NCBI GenBank assembly: GCA_031404815.1
Contig: JANNIH010000054.1
Span: 125,509-189,508, forward strand
DNA length: 64,000 nt
Direction of reading: 5' to 3'
Origin: Holophagales bacterium
GTDB taxonomy: Bacteria > Acidobacteriota > Thermoanaerobaculia > Multivoradales > UBA5704
In this document: in pieces, positions 10,460 through 20,276 of the stretch
Layout: each line of letters opens with the position of its first letter
How positions within the stretch are numbered: position 1 is the first letter of the stretch
Notes under the pieces: generated by a model
What the model was told of the DNA's origin: nothing
Seen by the model: the letters and a program-made list of their open reading frames with translations, nothing else
The model's database searches: none
Translations under genes and position numbers: made by a program

Positions 10460-11713
10460 ATGCCCGACTACCGCTCGCTCAAGGCTGTGGACCCCGATAT
10501 CTGGCAGGCGATCGCCGACGAGCGCTCACGCCAGAACGACGGCCTCGAGCTGATCGCATCCGAGAATTTCGTCAGCCGCGCTGTGCTCGAAGCAGTCGGC
10601 AGCGTGATGACGAACAAGTATGCCGAGGGCTATCCCGGCAAGCGCTATTACGGCGGCTGCGAGTTCGTCGATGTCGCGGAGCGTCTGGCGATCGAGCGGG
10701 CCAAGGAGCTGTTCGGAGCCGAGCATGTCAACGTCCAGGCACACAGCGGGACGAGCGCGAACATGGCGGTCTATTTCGCGATGCTCCGTCCGGGCGACAA
10801 GCTGATGGGCCTGGATCTCGCCTGCGGCGGGCATTTGACCCATGGTCACCGGCTCTCTTACTCGGGGCGCGACTTTGAGGTTGCGGCTTACGGGGTCGAT
10901 CGGCAGACGGAACGGATCGACTACGAGGCCGTTCTCGCACAGGCGCTCGCAGAGCGGCCGAAGTTGATCGTGGTCGGCGCCTCGGCTTATAGCCGCATCC
11001 TCGACTTCGCCCGCTTCCGAGAGATCGCCGATCAGGCGGGCGCCCTGCTGATGGCCGACATGGCGCACATCGCGGGACTGGTTGCTGCCGGCATTCACCC
11101 CTCGCCGGTACCGCACTGCCATTTCGTCACTTCGACCACCCACAAGACGCTCCGTGGCCCGCGCGGCGGCCTGGTCCTGTGTAAAGCTGAATACGCCAAG
11201 GAGATCGACCGTGCGGTCTTCCCAGGCATCCAGGGTGGACCGCTGATGCACATCATTGCGGCCAAGGCGGTGGCGTTCCGCGAGGCGCTGTCCGACGAGT
11301 TCCGCGCCTATTCGAGCCAGGTCATAGCCAATGCCCGGCGCCTCGCGGCCCGGCTCGCCGAGAACGGCCTGCGCATCGTCTCGGGCGGCACCGACAACCA
11401 TCTTTTCCTGGTCGATGTCGCGGTCGCCGGAACCACCGGGAAAGTGGCGGAGAAAGCGCTCGAGGCGGCCGGGATCACGGTCAACAAGAACACCATCCCG
11501 TTCGACCCGCAACCGCCGATGGTCGCCTCCGGCGTCCGCATCGGGACTGCGGCGATCACCACCCGGAGCATGAAAGAAGACGAGATGGACCAGGTCGGCG
11601 ACCTGATCGCCGAAGTCCTAAAAGACGCCGACGATCCGGCCGTCCACGCCGCAGTCCGCACCCGCGTCCGCGACCTCTGCGCGCACTTCCCGCTCTACGA
11701 TCCGTTGATGTAG
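10460..11713 (+). CDS. glyA: Serine hydroxymethyltransferase
   Basis: [42 protein letters not shown]. Confidence 0.98.
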   Translation: MPDYRSLKAVDPDIWQAIADERSRQNDGLELIASENFVSRAVLEAVGSVMTNKYAEGYPGKRYYGGCEFVDVAERLAIERAKELFGAEHVNVQAHSGTSANMAVYFAMLRPGDKLMGLDLACGGHLTHGHRLSYSGRDFEVAAYGVDRQTERIDYEAVLAQALAERPKLIVVGASAYSRILDFARFREIADQAGALLMADMAHIAGLVAAGIHPSPVPHCHFVTSTTHKTLRGPRGGLVLCKAEYAKEIDRAVFPGIQGGPLMHIIAAKAVAFREALSDEFRAYSSQVIANARRLAARLAENGLRIVSGGTDNHLFLVDVAVAGTTGKVAEKALEAAGITVNKNTIPFDPQPPMVASGVRIGTAAITTRSMKEDEMDQVGDLIAEVLKDADDPAVHAAVRTRVRDLCAHFPLYDPLM

Positions 11714-13008
11714 GCGCGCACAGCACCGATCAGGAAGATCGAACCGCAGACGACCAAGGGGCGCCGGCTCATCACGAGCGCATGTTCAAGCGCCTCGTCC
11801 AGATCGGGGATCACCTCGGCAACGGTTCCGGGCGGGAGCAGCATGGCCAGATCCGCCGGATTTTTCGCTCGCGGCGAGGGCGGGGCGGTGAGAACGATTC
11901 GCGCGGCGTGCGGCACCAGGTGCCCGAGCATCTCCGCGGCGTCTTTGTCGCCCAAGAGGCCGAGCAACAGATCCACCCGCTCGCCGGTCTCCGCTAGCCG
12001 CTCAGCCAGGAAGCGACCGAGCATTTCGGCGCCTTCCGGATTGTGCGCGGCATCGAGGACGACCCGCTTGGCCGAGCCGTCGCCGATGTCGAACTGGATG
12101 GATTCCAGCCGTCCGGGCCAGCGGCAGGTGGCCACCCCGCGGGTGATCGCCCCGTCGTCGATGCGGTTCCAACCGAGGTCCGAGAGCTGTTCCGCCGCTG
12201 CGACCGCGAGCCCCACGTTGCGCAGTTGGTGCGCGCCGGGCAGCGCAAGTTCCAACGAATAGTTGGCGTTGGGCGTTTCGAGCTCGACCTCCTGGCCGTC
12301 CCAACCGCGTGATCGTACCGCGACGATCCGCACCCGGTCCGGCGCCGAGTCGAGCCGCGCACCGACACGAGCCGCCTCGGTGCGCACCGAGGTCATTGCC
12401 TCGGATGCTTCGATCCAGGCGATCGCGGGGCGGCCAGGGCGAAGAATGCCGGCTTTCTCGCGGGCGATGGCGGTCAGAGTATCGCCCAGCATCTCTCTAT
12501 GCTCGAGGCTGATCGAAGTGATCAGCGAGAGGATCGGCTCGGCCACGTTGGTTGCATCGAGCCGGCCGCCGAGCCCGACTTCGAGCACCGATAGATCGGC
12601 ACGCTCCTCGGCGAACCAGAGGAATGCTGCGAGCGTCATCGCTTCGAAATAGGTGGGCAGACCGTCGCCCGCGCGCTCGGTGGTTAGGACGATGCGCGCG
12701 AGCAGGCGGCCGAGCGCAGCGCTTTCGATCGACGCGCCGTCGAGCTGCAGGCGCTCTTCGACCCGTTCCAGGTGGGGGGAGGTATAGAGGGCGGTGCGGT
12801 ATCCGGCGGCCCGCGTGATCGAAGCGAGCAGCGCGGAGGTCGAGCCCTTGCCATTCGAGCCGGCGATCAGGACCGTCGGAACCGCCCGCTCCGGATTGCC
12901 GAATCTGGCGAGCAGCTCGCGCACCTTCTCGAGCCCGAGCCGGATGCCGAGGCCTTCGAGGCGACGGAGGATCGCGTCTGCGTCCTTGGGGAGGTCCGGT
13001 ACTTCCAC
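11695..13008 (-). CDS. folC: Folylpolyglutamate synthase / dihydrofolate synthase
   Basis: [40 protein letters not shown]; downstream of accD. Confidence 0.95.
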   Translation of the reverse strand: MEVPDLPKDADAILRRLEGLGIRLGLEKVRELLARFGNPERAVPTVLIAGSNGKGSTSALLASITRAAGYRTALYTSPHLERVEERLQLDGASIESAALGRLLARIVLTTERAGDGLPTYFEAMTLAAFLWFAEERADLSVLEVGLGGRLDATNVAEPILSLITSISLEHREMLGDTLTAIAREKAGILRPGRPAIAWIEASEAMTSVRTEAARVGARLDSAPDRVRIVAVRSRGWDGQEVELETPNANYSLELALPGAHQLRNVGLAVAAAEQLSDLGWNRIDDGAITRGVATCRWPGRLESIQFDIGDGSAKRVVLDAAHNPEGAEMLGRFLAERLAETGERVDLLLGLLGDKDAAEMLGHLVPHAARIVLTAPPSPRAKNPADLAMLLPPGTVAEVIPDLDEALEHALVMSRRPLVVCGSIFLIGAVRAYINGS

Positions 13009-13030
13009 CGGTTGGTTCGCTTCGAGTTCG

Positions 13031-13882
13031 TTAGTCGCGGGTCAGGTGTTCGAGGCAGCGCGCGATCGTGCTCTTGAGTTCGGGCCGCGGTACCACACGG
13101 TCGAGAAAACCATGTTCAAGCAAAAACTCGCTGGTTTGAAACCCTTCAGGCAGGCTCTGCCGGATCGTCTGCTCGATCACGCGGGGACCCGCGAAGCCGA
13201 TCAGCGCACCCGGCTCGGCGAGATTCAGGTCGCCGAGCATGGCGAACGACGCGGTGACCCCGCCCGTGGTCGGATCGGTGAGGATCGACAGATAGGGGAG
13301 GCGCGCCTCGCGTAGGCGGGCGAGCGCGGCGCTGATCTTCGCCATCTGCATCAGGGAGAGCACCCCCTCCTGCATCCGGGCACCGCCCGAGGCGGAGACC
13401 ACGATCAGCGGCAGCTTCTTGTCGATTGCGCGCTCCGCGGCGCGGGCGATCTTCTCGCCCACCACCGAGCCCATCGAGCCGCCCATGAAGCGGTACTCCA
13501 TGGCGGCGAGGACGACCGACCGACCTTCGATCCGGCCTTGGACGACGACCACCGCGTCGCGCTCGCCGACCGCCAGTTGGTAGCTCTTGATCCGGTCTTT
13601 GTACCGCTTGCTATCCTTGAATTGCAGCGGATCGACGGGCGAGATGTCGGAGAACAGCTCGCGCCCAACCGGCTCGTCGAGCAGCATCGCGATCCGCAGG
13701 CGAGCGTCGACCCGGAAGTGATAGCCGCATTTCGGACAGACCTGGAGGCTGCGCTCGAGATCGCGGGAATAGATGATCTGTTTGCAGCCTTCGCACTTCA
13801 CCCAGAGCCCTTCGGGGACCGTGCTCCTCGAGCGGTCCTCGCGGACCGGCATCGGCTTCTTGGTCTTGCGAAACCAGGCCAT
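13031..13882 (-). CDS. accD: Acetyl-CoA carboxylase carboxyltransferase beta subunit
   Basis: C4 zinc ribbon (WVKCEGC...VCPKC), GGSMGSVVGE, SGGARMQEG, GFAGPRVIEQT. Confidence 0.97.
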   Translation of the reverse strand: MAWFRKTKKPMPVREDRSRSTVPEGLWVKCEGCKQIIYSRDLERSLQVCPKCGYHFRVDARLRIAMLLDEPVGRELFSDISPVDPLQFKDSKRYKDRIKSYQLAVGERDAVVVVQGRIEGRSVVLAAMEYRFMGGSMGSVVGEKIARAAERAIDKKLPLIVVSASGGARMQEGVLSLMQMAKISAALARLREARLPYLSILTDPTTGGVTASFAMLGDLNLAEPGALIGFAGPRVIEQTIRQSLPEGFQTSEFLLEHGFLDRVVPRPELKSTIARCLEHLTRD

Positions 13883-14020
13883 GGGAATCGACCGGATGAT
13901 GCTGCGAGGTCACCCGTCGGACCCGGTGCCGAGAACTCGGATCGCCGGGTGCGAAGCCGCCTGCGCGAGGTCGAGCGAGATTCTTGAAGCTCAGCTCTCG
14001 GCGCAGCGTCTACGGGTGAC

Positions 14021-14257
14021 TCAAGCTTCGCCGGAACCTGCCTCTTCGGCTTCGAGATCGTTCGAGATACCCAACCGAAGGCAAGCGGCATCGTACATCT
14101 GTCGCGCGCCCTTCTTGCCGTTCTGCAGCTCGGCCAGGCGATCTTTTACCTTGGCGAGTTCCTCCTCGATCGAGCGATCGAGGTCTTCGATCTCCTGACG
14201 TGTGGTGGCCAGGATGTTTTCGTAGAATTTCCGCTGCTGGTCGTTCAGGCTCATCAA
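14021..14257 (-). CDS. Small coiled-coil hypothetical protein (78 aa)
   Basis: GGAGG RBS; heptad-like IEDLDRSIEEELAKVKDRL; co-oriented between the kinase and accD. Confidence 0.7.
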   Translation of the reverse strand: MMSLNDQQRKFYENILATTRQEIEDLDRSIEEELAKVKDRLAELQNGKKGARQMYDAACLRLGISNDLEAEEAGSGEA

Positions 14258-14279
14258 TCTTCCTCCCGCGGCTTGCCGT

Positions 14280-17200
14280 CTACAGCTTGAATGGGACGCG
14301 CAAGCGGGTCCACATTTTCACGCGGACTCCGCCTTTGGTCGCAGGGCGATACTTGGCGCCTCGCGCAGCGGCGAGCGCGGACTCGTTGATGCCCACTTTT
14401 TGCTTGATCGGCTCGACCAACCGCGCTTCTTGTACCCTGCCGTTCTCGTCCACGAGCACCGACAGGACGACCACCCCCTGCACGCCAAGCTGTTTGGCGA
14501 GCGCAGGATACCCCGGTTTCGGAGCGCTGGCAAGCTGCGGAGGGTTCACTCCCGGTCCGGGCTCGACGAGGTCTCCCTCGCGCACGCGCGGCGCTTCCTC
14601 CTCCTGAGGGGCTGGCGCGGGCGGCTCTGGGCGACGCTCCTCCACCCTGGTCGCTTCGGGCGCAGGCTCGGGGCGACGTTCTTCCACCTGTGGGGTTGGC
14701 TCGGAAACCTCCGGAGTTGCCGGGGCCGAAGAGACGGCGGTAGGAGAGGCCGGCTCTGGAGGCCGGTTCTTGTCGGCAGACTTCGCTTCGGCCGCCATCT
14801 GCTCGCGCAGCTTCCGTTCTTTCTCGTCGAACTGCTTCTTCAGCTCCGCTTCGGTCTTCGCCACCGCCTGACCGACCAGACCGGTGAGGTCGGTTTGCAG
14901 CGCAGACCCGGGCGCGGTCGCGTCGGCCGGCGCCACGTCCGGAGCCCCCGCAGGAGCGGGAACGATCGGCGCGCCGCCGGGGGCCGGATTCGCGGAGGCC
15001 TTGGTTCTGTCGCGAGCGATCCAAAGTGCACCGGCCAGAGCGGCGAGCACGAGAACGGCGAGGGTGATCCAAAGTACCGCACGGCTCTTACCGACAGGCG
15101 CAGAAACCGGAACGTCCGCCAACGGCGCGACCGCTTCGACGATCGGCTCCGTCGCCAGCTCGGGCACGGGCGGCGAAGTAGAGGGGCCCGCCGCTGCTGA
15201 AGCTGCTGGAGGGGTGGGGGCGGGCGGGGCCGCAACCGGCGCCGACGCGATTGGAGTTTCCGCAACCGGCGGCAGCGGGTCCGGCGTCGGCGGCTCGGTC
15301 GGAACGGTTGCCGCTTCGAGCCGGCGGACATAAGCCGCAAGGTCGGTGTGCGAGAGCGTCGGTCTCTGCTCGTAGAGCACCGCACCCAGCCGCTGCTCCA
15401 TCTCGCCCGCGGTCTGGAAACGATCGGCGGGGTCGTGAGCGAGCGCTTGACGGGCGATCGCGTCGATCTCGACCGAGATTGACGGATCGAGATCGCGCGG
15501 GCTCCGCACCCGACCCTCGCGCACGGCTTCGAGGACCGAAATCTCACTATCGCCTGCGAACAACCGCTCTCCGGTGAGCATTTCGAACAGCAGCGTGCCG
15601 AGCGAGAAGATGTCCGAACGAGCGTCGACCGGTCGGCCCCAAGCCTGTTCGGGCGACATGTACTGAAGCTTGCCCTTGAGCGCGCCGATCTGCGTTTGCC
15701 CGGCCTGGGTCACCGCCTTGGCGATCCCGAAATCGCACAGCTTGATGTCGCCGTCGCGGCTGATCAGAACGTTTTGCGGCGAGACGTCGCGATGGACCAG
15801 ACCGAGCGCACGCCCCTCGAAGTCGCTCTTCCGGTGCGCATGCTCGAGCGCACCGGCGACGTGATGCGCGATCAGCAGCGAGAGGCCAATCGGAATAGGC
15901 ATCCGCTTCTGGCGCGCGAGATTGCCGATCGTGCGCAGGTCACGCCCTTCGACATACTCCATCGCAATGAAGTAGTCGTTCGCTATCTTTCCCAGCTCGT
16001 AAATGTGAATGATGTTCGGGTGCGACAGCTGAGCGGCGAGCTTCGCCTCGTCGATGAACATGCTCACGAACTCGGCGTTGTGGGTCATGTGCGGCAGGAT
16101 CTTCTTGATCGCCACGGTCTTCTGGAAGCCCTCGAGGCCGCGCATGCGCGCCTTCCAGACCTCGGCCATGCCACCGACCGCGATTCGCTCGAGCAGCGTG
16201 TACTGGCCGAACCGCTGGCCCTCCGCCTCGTCCGTGAACACCGGAATGCGCTGCGTCGCGAGCGAACTCATTGGTTCCACCGTAACCGGTGCGGCGGGAG
16301 GAGTGGGCGGGGCCTGGCGAAGCAAAGGCTCGGGAGGGGGAGGAGCCTGGGGCGCAGGCGGAGCGGGCAGAGCGGGCGGCGGCGCGGAGGATGGCGCCGC
16401 GGGCGGGCGGGTGGGCGTTGCGGAGGGAGCCCCCCCAGGAGCCGACGGCCGAGAGGGACGGGCGAGCTGTTCGATCGCGGCGAAGTCGAGATCCGCCTTC
16501 GAGCGCACGCCGGTGGCTTCGATCGGTTTTGCCGGCACAGTGGCTGTCGGAGTCCGAGGGGCCAACGGAGTCGGCGGGGTAGCCGAGGTGGTCGAGGTGG
16601 TCGAGGTGGTCGAACGGACCACCGGCTCAGGGGTCGTCGCCAGGGCAGGCGTTGTCGTGGAACGTGGCGCAGGGGTGCTCGCCCGTCCCCCCATCTGCAA
16701 GCTCGAAAGCGTCTTGGAGAGCAGTGCCTCGACGTCGGTTGCCGGCATCTCGCCGGATTTCTTCGCTCCGGCAGAAGGAGTGGGTGTCAAGGTGCGTGGT
16801 CGCGGCAGAGCGCCCCCCCCGAACACTCCGGAGAGCGTCTGCTCCAGCTTCCGCTCGATCGCTCCCTGATCCGTGCCGGCCGCAGCGAATCCGGTCGGCA
16901 GCGCCGGGCTCGGGGCCTCCGACTCGGTCGGCCGCCGGAGGTCATCTTCGACCTCGGCGAGGACGTCGCCAAAAATATCTTTGGACGTCAGCTGCTGATC
17001 GTCCGTATCGGCGACCCGCGCGCGGGCCGGGTCGCGGCGGGCGGCGAGCGCCCGACGGACCGTAAGGCGCAGATCCTGATCGGAGAATGGCTTGATCAGA
17101 AACTCGTCCGCTTCGATCGCCGCCGCATCGACACCTTCCAGAGACTCCGGCATCAGGGCGACCACCCCGGGGCCTCCGGAGCGGCGAGAGAAGCTGATCG

Positions 17201-17384
17201 CCAAGGCTTCGACTCCCGGCGCTTCCGCGCTAGCGATCACCAGGTCGGGCGCGCTGCCTGCCGCTGCCTGCAATGCCTCGGCTCGACCGCCCACAAAATG
17301 GACGCGGTAGCCCTCGACGAAGAGAGCATCCTGGATGCGCTCGATATAACGTTGTTCCCTCTCTACGACGAGGATCAGGGCCAT
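14280..17384 (-). CDS. Fusion of pseudo-receiver domain, Hanks-type Ser/Thr kinase, TM helix and TonB C-terminal domain
   Basis: REC-like N-terminus (LILVVE, PDLVI, IKPF); kinase motifs GGMAEV, VAIKK, HRDVSPQN, DFG, YMSPE; TM helix; PGYPALAKQLGVQGVVVLSVLVDENGRV. Confidence 0.88.
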   Translation of the reverse strand: MALILVVEREQRYIERIQDALFVEGYRVHFVGGRAEALQAAAGSAPDLVIASAEAPGVEALAISFSRRSGGPGVVALMPESLEGVDAAAIEADEFLIKPFSDQDLRLTVRRALAARRDPARARVADTDDQQLTSKDIFGDVLAEVEDDLRRPTESEAPSPALPTGFAAAGTDQGAIERKLEQTLSGVFGGGALPRPRTLTPTPSAGAKKSGEMPATDVEALLSKTLSSLQMGGRASTPAPRSTTTPALATTPEPVVRSTTSTTSTTSATPPTPLAPRTPTATVPAKPIEATGVRSKADLDFAAIEQLARPSRPSAPGGAPSATPTRPPAAPSSAPPPALPAPPAPQAPPPPEPLLRQAPPTPPAAPVTVEPMSSLATQRIPVFTDEAEGQRFGQYTLLERIAVGGMAEVWKARMRGLEGFQKTVAIKKILPHMTHNAEFVSMFIDEAKLAAQLSHPNIIHIYELGKIANDYFIAMEYVEGRDLRTIGNLARQKRMPIPIGLSLLIAHHVAGALEHAHRKSDFEGRALGLVHRDVSPQNVLISRDGDIKLCDFGIAKAVTQAGQTQIGALKGKLQYMSPEQAWGRPVDARSDIFSLGTLLFEMLTGERLFAGDSEISVLEAVREGRVRSPRDLDPSISVEIDAIARQALAHDPADRFQTAGEMEQRLGAVLYEQRPTLSHTDLAAYVRRLEAATVPTEPPTPDPLPPVAETPIASAPVAAPPAPTPPAASAAAGPSTSPPVPELATEPIVEAVAPLADVPVSAPVGKSRAVLWITLAVLVLAALAGALWIARDRTKASANPAPGGAPIVPAPAGAPDVAPADATAPGSALQTDLTGLVGQAVAKTEAELKKQFDEKERKLREQMAAEAKSADKNRPPEPASPTAVSSAPATPEVSEPTPQVEERRPEPAPEATRVEERRPEPPAPAPQEEEAPRVREGDLVEPGPGVNPPQLASAPKPGYPALAKQLGVQGVVVLSVLVDENGRVQEARLVEPIKQKVGINESALAAARGAKYRPATKGGVRVKMWTRLRVPFKL

Positions 17385-17620
17385 GCTTGCTTCTCCTGAA
17401 GGGCAATCCTCCGTCTTCTAGCACTGGCGCCGCCCGGCCGTCAATCGAAGTCCCGACCCGCGAGGGGCGAAGCAGGGACGAGATTCGCCACCTGGAAACC
17501 TCGGCCCGGACGTGGTAAATCTGTCGCACTCGTCAGCTGGAGCCGCCGAGCAGGGCTCGGAGCTGCGCCTTAAAGAAGGCACAGGGGCGGGCGAAACGCA
17601 GGTTCGAGGAGACCGAAGGT

Positions 17621-18013
17621 ATGGATATCCGGCAGTTTCGGGTGGTCGTCAAGGCCAAGAGCTTCGAGCGCACGAGCCGCTTCTATGGCGAGTCCCTCGC
17701 CTTGCCCAGGCTCCAGACCTGGGAACGGGAGGACGGGCGGGGTGCCGTATTCCAGGCCGGTTCGGGAGCGATCGAAGTCCTCGGCTCCCCTTCAGGTGTC
17801 CGCTACATGGATGAAGGCTCCTCCTATCAGGGACCCGACCACAAGCTCACCGTGACCCTGATCGTGCCTTCGGCGGAGAAGGCGTTCGAAGAGATCAGCT
17901 TCCGCGAGAAGAACATCCCCGGCGGTCTGCGGCGCGACCACGATGGCTCGCTGGTTTTCGAGACGCACGATCCGGACGGCGTGAAGATCGTGTTCAAGCA
18001 GGCCGAAGGCTAA
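17621..18013 (+). CDS. VOC / glyoxalase family protein
   Basis: RFYGESLAL and FETHDPDG motifs; GAGGA RBS. Confidence 0.75.
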   Translation: MDIRQFRVVVKAKSFERTSRFYGESLALPRLQTWEREDGRGAVFQAGSGAIEVLGSPSGVRYMDEGSSYQGPDHKLTVTLIVPSAEKAFEEISFREKNIPGGLRRDHDGSLVFETHDPDGVKIVFKQAEG

Positions 18014-18034
18014 GCCAGGGGGAGTTAGAGCACG

Positions 18035-18775
18035 ATGTCCGGCCACAGCAAATGGGCGACGATCAAGCATAAGAAGGCGACGACCGATGCCCGGCGCGGC
18101 AAGGCGTTCACCAAGCTGCTGAAGGAAATTACCGTCGCCACCCGCATGGGCGGCAGCGATCCGAAGGGCAATCCGCGCTTGCGCACGGCGATCCTTGAAG
18201 CGCGCGGAAGCAGCGTGCCCAACGACACCATCGACCGGGCGGTCAAGAAGGGCTCGGGCGACCTCGGCGGCGCCACGTTCGAGGAGCTGACTTACGAGGG
18301 CTACGGCCCCGGTGGCGTCGCAATCCTGATCGAGGCCGCGACCGACAATCGCAATCGTACCGCCGGCGAGGTGCGCCATCTGCTCACCAAGCACGGCGGC
18401 AACCTGTCTGAGGCCGGCGCCGTTTCCTGGATGTTCGATCGCTGCGGCTACTTCGCGATCGAAAAGGGAACGCAAAGCGAAGATGCGTTCATGGAGTTCG
18501 GGCTGGAGCTCGGGGTGGACGACATCACGACCGATGGCGAGGCCTTCGAGATCTTCACCTCGGTCGAGGATTTCCTGCGCGTCCAAGAAGAGCTGCTGAA
18601 GCGCAAAATTCAAACCCTGGTGGGCGAGCTGTCGATGATCCCGAAGAACTACATGGAGCTGGCGCGCGACAAGGTCCGTTCGGCGATGCGCCTGATGGAG
18701 GCGCTAGAGGATCACGACGATGTCCAGAAAGTCTGGGCGAACTTCGATCTCGACCTGGCGGACCTCGATTCGTAG
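18035..18775 (+). CDS. yebC: YebC/PmpR family protein
   Basis: MSGHSKWATIKHKK, YEGYGPGG, TDNRNRT, LEDHDDVQKVWAN. Confidence 0.96.
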   Translation: MSGHSKWATIKHKKATTDARRGKAFTKLLKEITVATRMGGSDPKGNPRLRTAILEARGSSVPNDTIDRAVKKGSGDLGGATFEELTYEGYGPGGVAILIEAATDNRNRTAGEVRHLLTKHGGNLSEAGAVSWMFDRCGYFAIEKGTQSEDAFMEFGLELGVDDITTDGEAFEIFTSVEDFLRVQEELLKRKIQTLVGELSMIPKNYMELARDKVRSAMRLMEALEDHDDVQKVWANFDLDLADLDS

Positions 18776-18790
18776 GGCTCGTCGGCGCCG

Positions 18791-19303
18791 ATGCTGATTC
18801 TTGGCCTTGATCCGGGCAGCCTTCATACCGGCTTCGGCCTGATCGAGAAGCGCGGCGCGAAGCTGGTTGCAATCGAGGCTGGACGGTTCTCCTGCCCGCG
18901 CGGCTTGGCCCTGCCGCAGCGTTTGGCCTCACTCTTCGTGCGCCTCGAGGAGCTGCTCGACCGGGTGAACCCCGCGGTGGTGGCGATCGAAGCGCCATTT
19001 CACGGCGTCAACCATCGCTCCCTGATCGTCCTCGCCGAGGCGCGAGGGGCGCTCTTGGCCTGCGTCGCACGCCGGGGGCTCGAGATCGTCGAATACAGCC
19101 CGGCGGAGGTCAAATCGGCGGTGACCGGCAACGGCCGCGCCGATAAGACCCAGGTCGCTCGCATGGTCGGCTTGATTCTCGGTTCCACCTCGGCCTGGGC
19201 CGCCGACGCCACCGATGCCCTGGCGGTCGGCGTCTGCTGCGCCCAGCGCCTGCGGATCGATCGATTGAGCCGTCCACCCGTCGCCGCCGGTTCCGTTAAG
19301 TAG
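18791..19303 (+). CDS. ruvC: Holliday junction resolvase
   Basis: ILGLDPG, AIE, VKSAVTGNGRADKTQV, DATDALA. Confidence 0.95.
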   Translation: MLILGLDPGSLHTGFGLIEKRGAKLVAIEAGRFSCPRGLALPQRLASLFVRLEELLDRVNPAVVAIEAPFHGVNHRSLIVLAEARGALLACVARRGLEIVEYSPAEVKSAVTGNGRADKTQVARMVGLILGSTSAWAADATDALAVGVCCAQRLRIDRLSRPPVAAGSVK

Positions 19304-19415
19304 TGTGAAATCTTGAATTTAGCTGCCGCGATCGGCTTGACCCTCAGCGGAGGGCCGTGCTAGTTTGCGGTTCTCCACTGACACGAAACGCCGAAGTAGA
19401 CTAGGATCTGCCGCC

Positions 19416-20234
19416 ATGGCCTTCCAAGGCTCGCTCAAGGAGCTGCCGCTCCCCGACATCATTCAGCTCGTGTCCGTCTCGGGCAAGACCGGCGTCTTTT
19501 CGCTCACCCGCGACGGCGATGCGAATGGCGAAATCTTCCTCCGCGGCGGCCAGATCGTCCACGCCCATTCCGGTGACCTGGAGGGTGAGGAAGCGGTCTA
19601 CGAGCTGGCGATCTGGCCGGAAGGAGAGTTCCTCTTCACCGCCGGCCAAGAGACCGAACGAACGACCATCCAGAAGTCGAACACCAACCTCTTGATGGAG
19701 GCGGCCCGCCGGATCGACGAGTGGCAGGTGCTGTCGAAGCGCATACCCTCGACCCGCCTGGTCCCCGTGTTCACCCAGCAGGCGACGACGACCTCGGTTT
19801 CGCTGACTCCACACGAGTGGACGTTGATCTGCAAGATCGACGAGCGCCGATCGATCGAAGAGATCGCGGTCGGGCTGGCGTTGAGCCCTTTTGAGACCTG
19901 CAAGCTGCTCTACGGGCTGATCACCTCCGGATTGGTGGCGCTCAAAGAGGACTTCAGCAAACTGCGCTCCGAGCGCCTGTTGCACATGGACGCTGCGGCG
20001 CTCGCCGAGGTCAACGAGGCGATCCATGGCCAGGCCCGCGCGATGCTCTCCAGTCATCCCAAGCAGAACGATCTGGATGCGCCGTTGCGAATGAGCAAGA
20101 CCGGCCTTGAAGCGGGACGCGGTTTCGAAGCGGTGCTCGATTTGGTGCGCGCGGACGAGAAGGTGGTCTCGGCGGCCCTCGGCCCCAACCAGTCGAAGAC
20201 ATTTCTCGATCGCGTGGCGCAGCTGCTGGCCTGA
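19416..20234 (+). CDS. DUF4388 (PatA N-terminal-like) domain protein
   Basis: MAFQGSLKELPLPDIIQL...KTG...GEIFLRGGQIVHA...LLMEAARRIDEW. Confidence 0.82.
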   Translation: MAFQGSLKELPLPDIIQLVSVSGKTGVFSLTRDGDANGEIFLRGGQIVHAHSGDLEGEEAVYELAIWPEGEFLFTAGQETERTTIQKSNTNLLMEAARRIDEWQVLSKRIPSTRLVPVFTQQATTTSVSLTPHEWTLICKIDERRSIEEIAVGLALSPFETCKLLYGLITSGLVALKEDFSKLRSERLLHMDAAALAEVNEAIHGQARAMLSSHPKQNDLDAPLRMSKTGLEAGRGFEAVLDLVRADEKVVSAALGPNQSKTFLDRVAQLLA

Positions 20235-20276
20235 GGAACTCCGCTGCTCCGCTCGTCCTTAGCCGCTCTTTTCGCC

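Noticed and set aside
16584-16612. 9-bp CGAGGTGGT triple repeat
   Set aside because: It encodes part of the low-complexity Thr/Ser linker of the kinase fusion.
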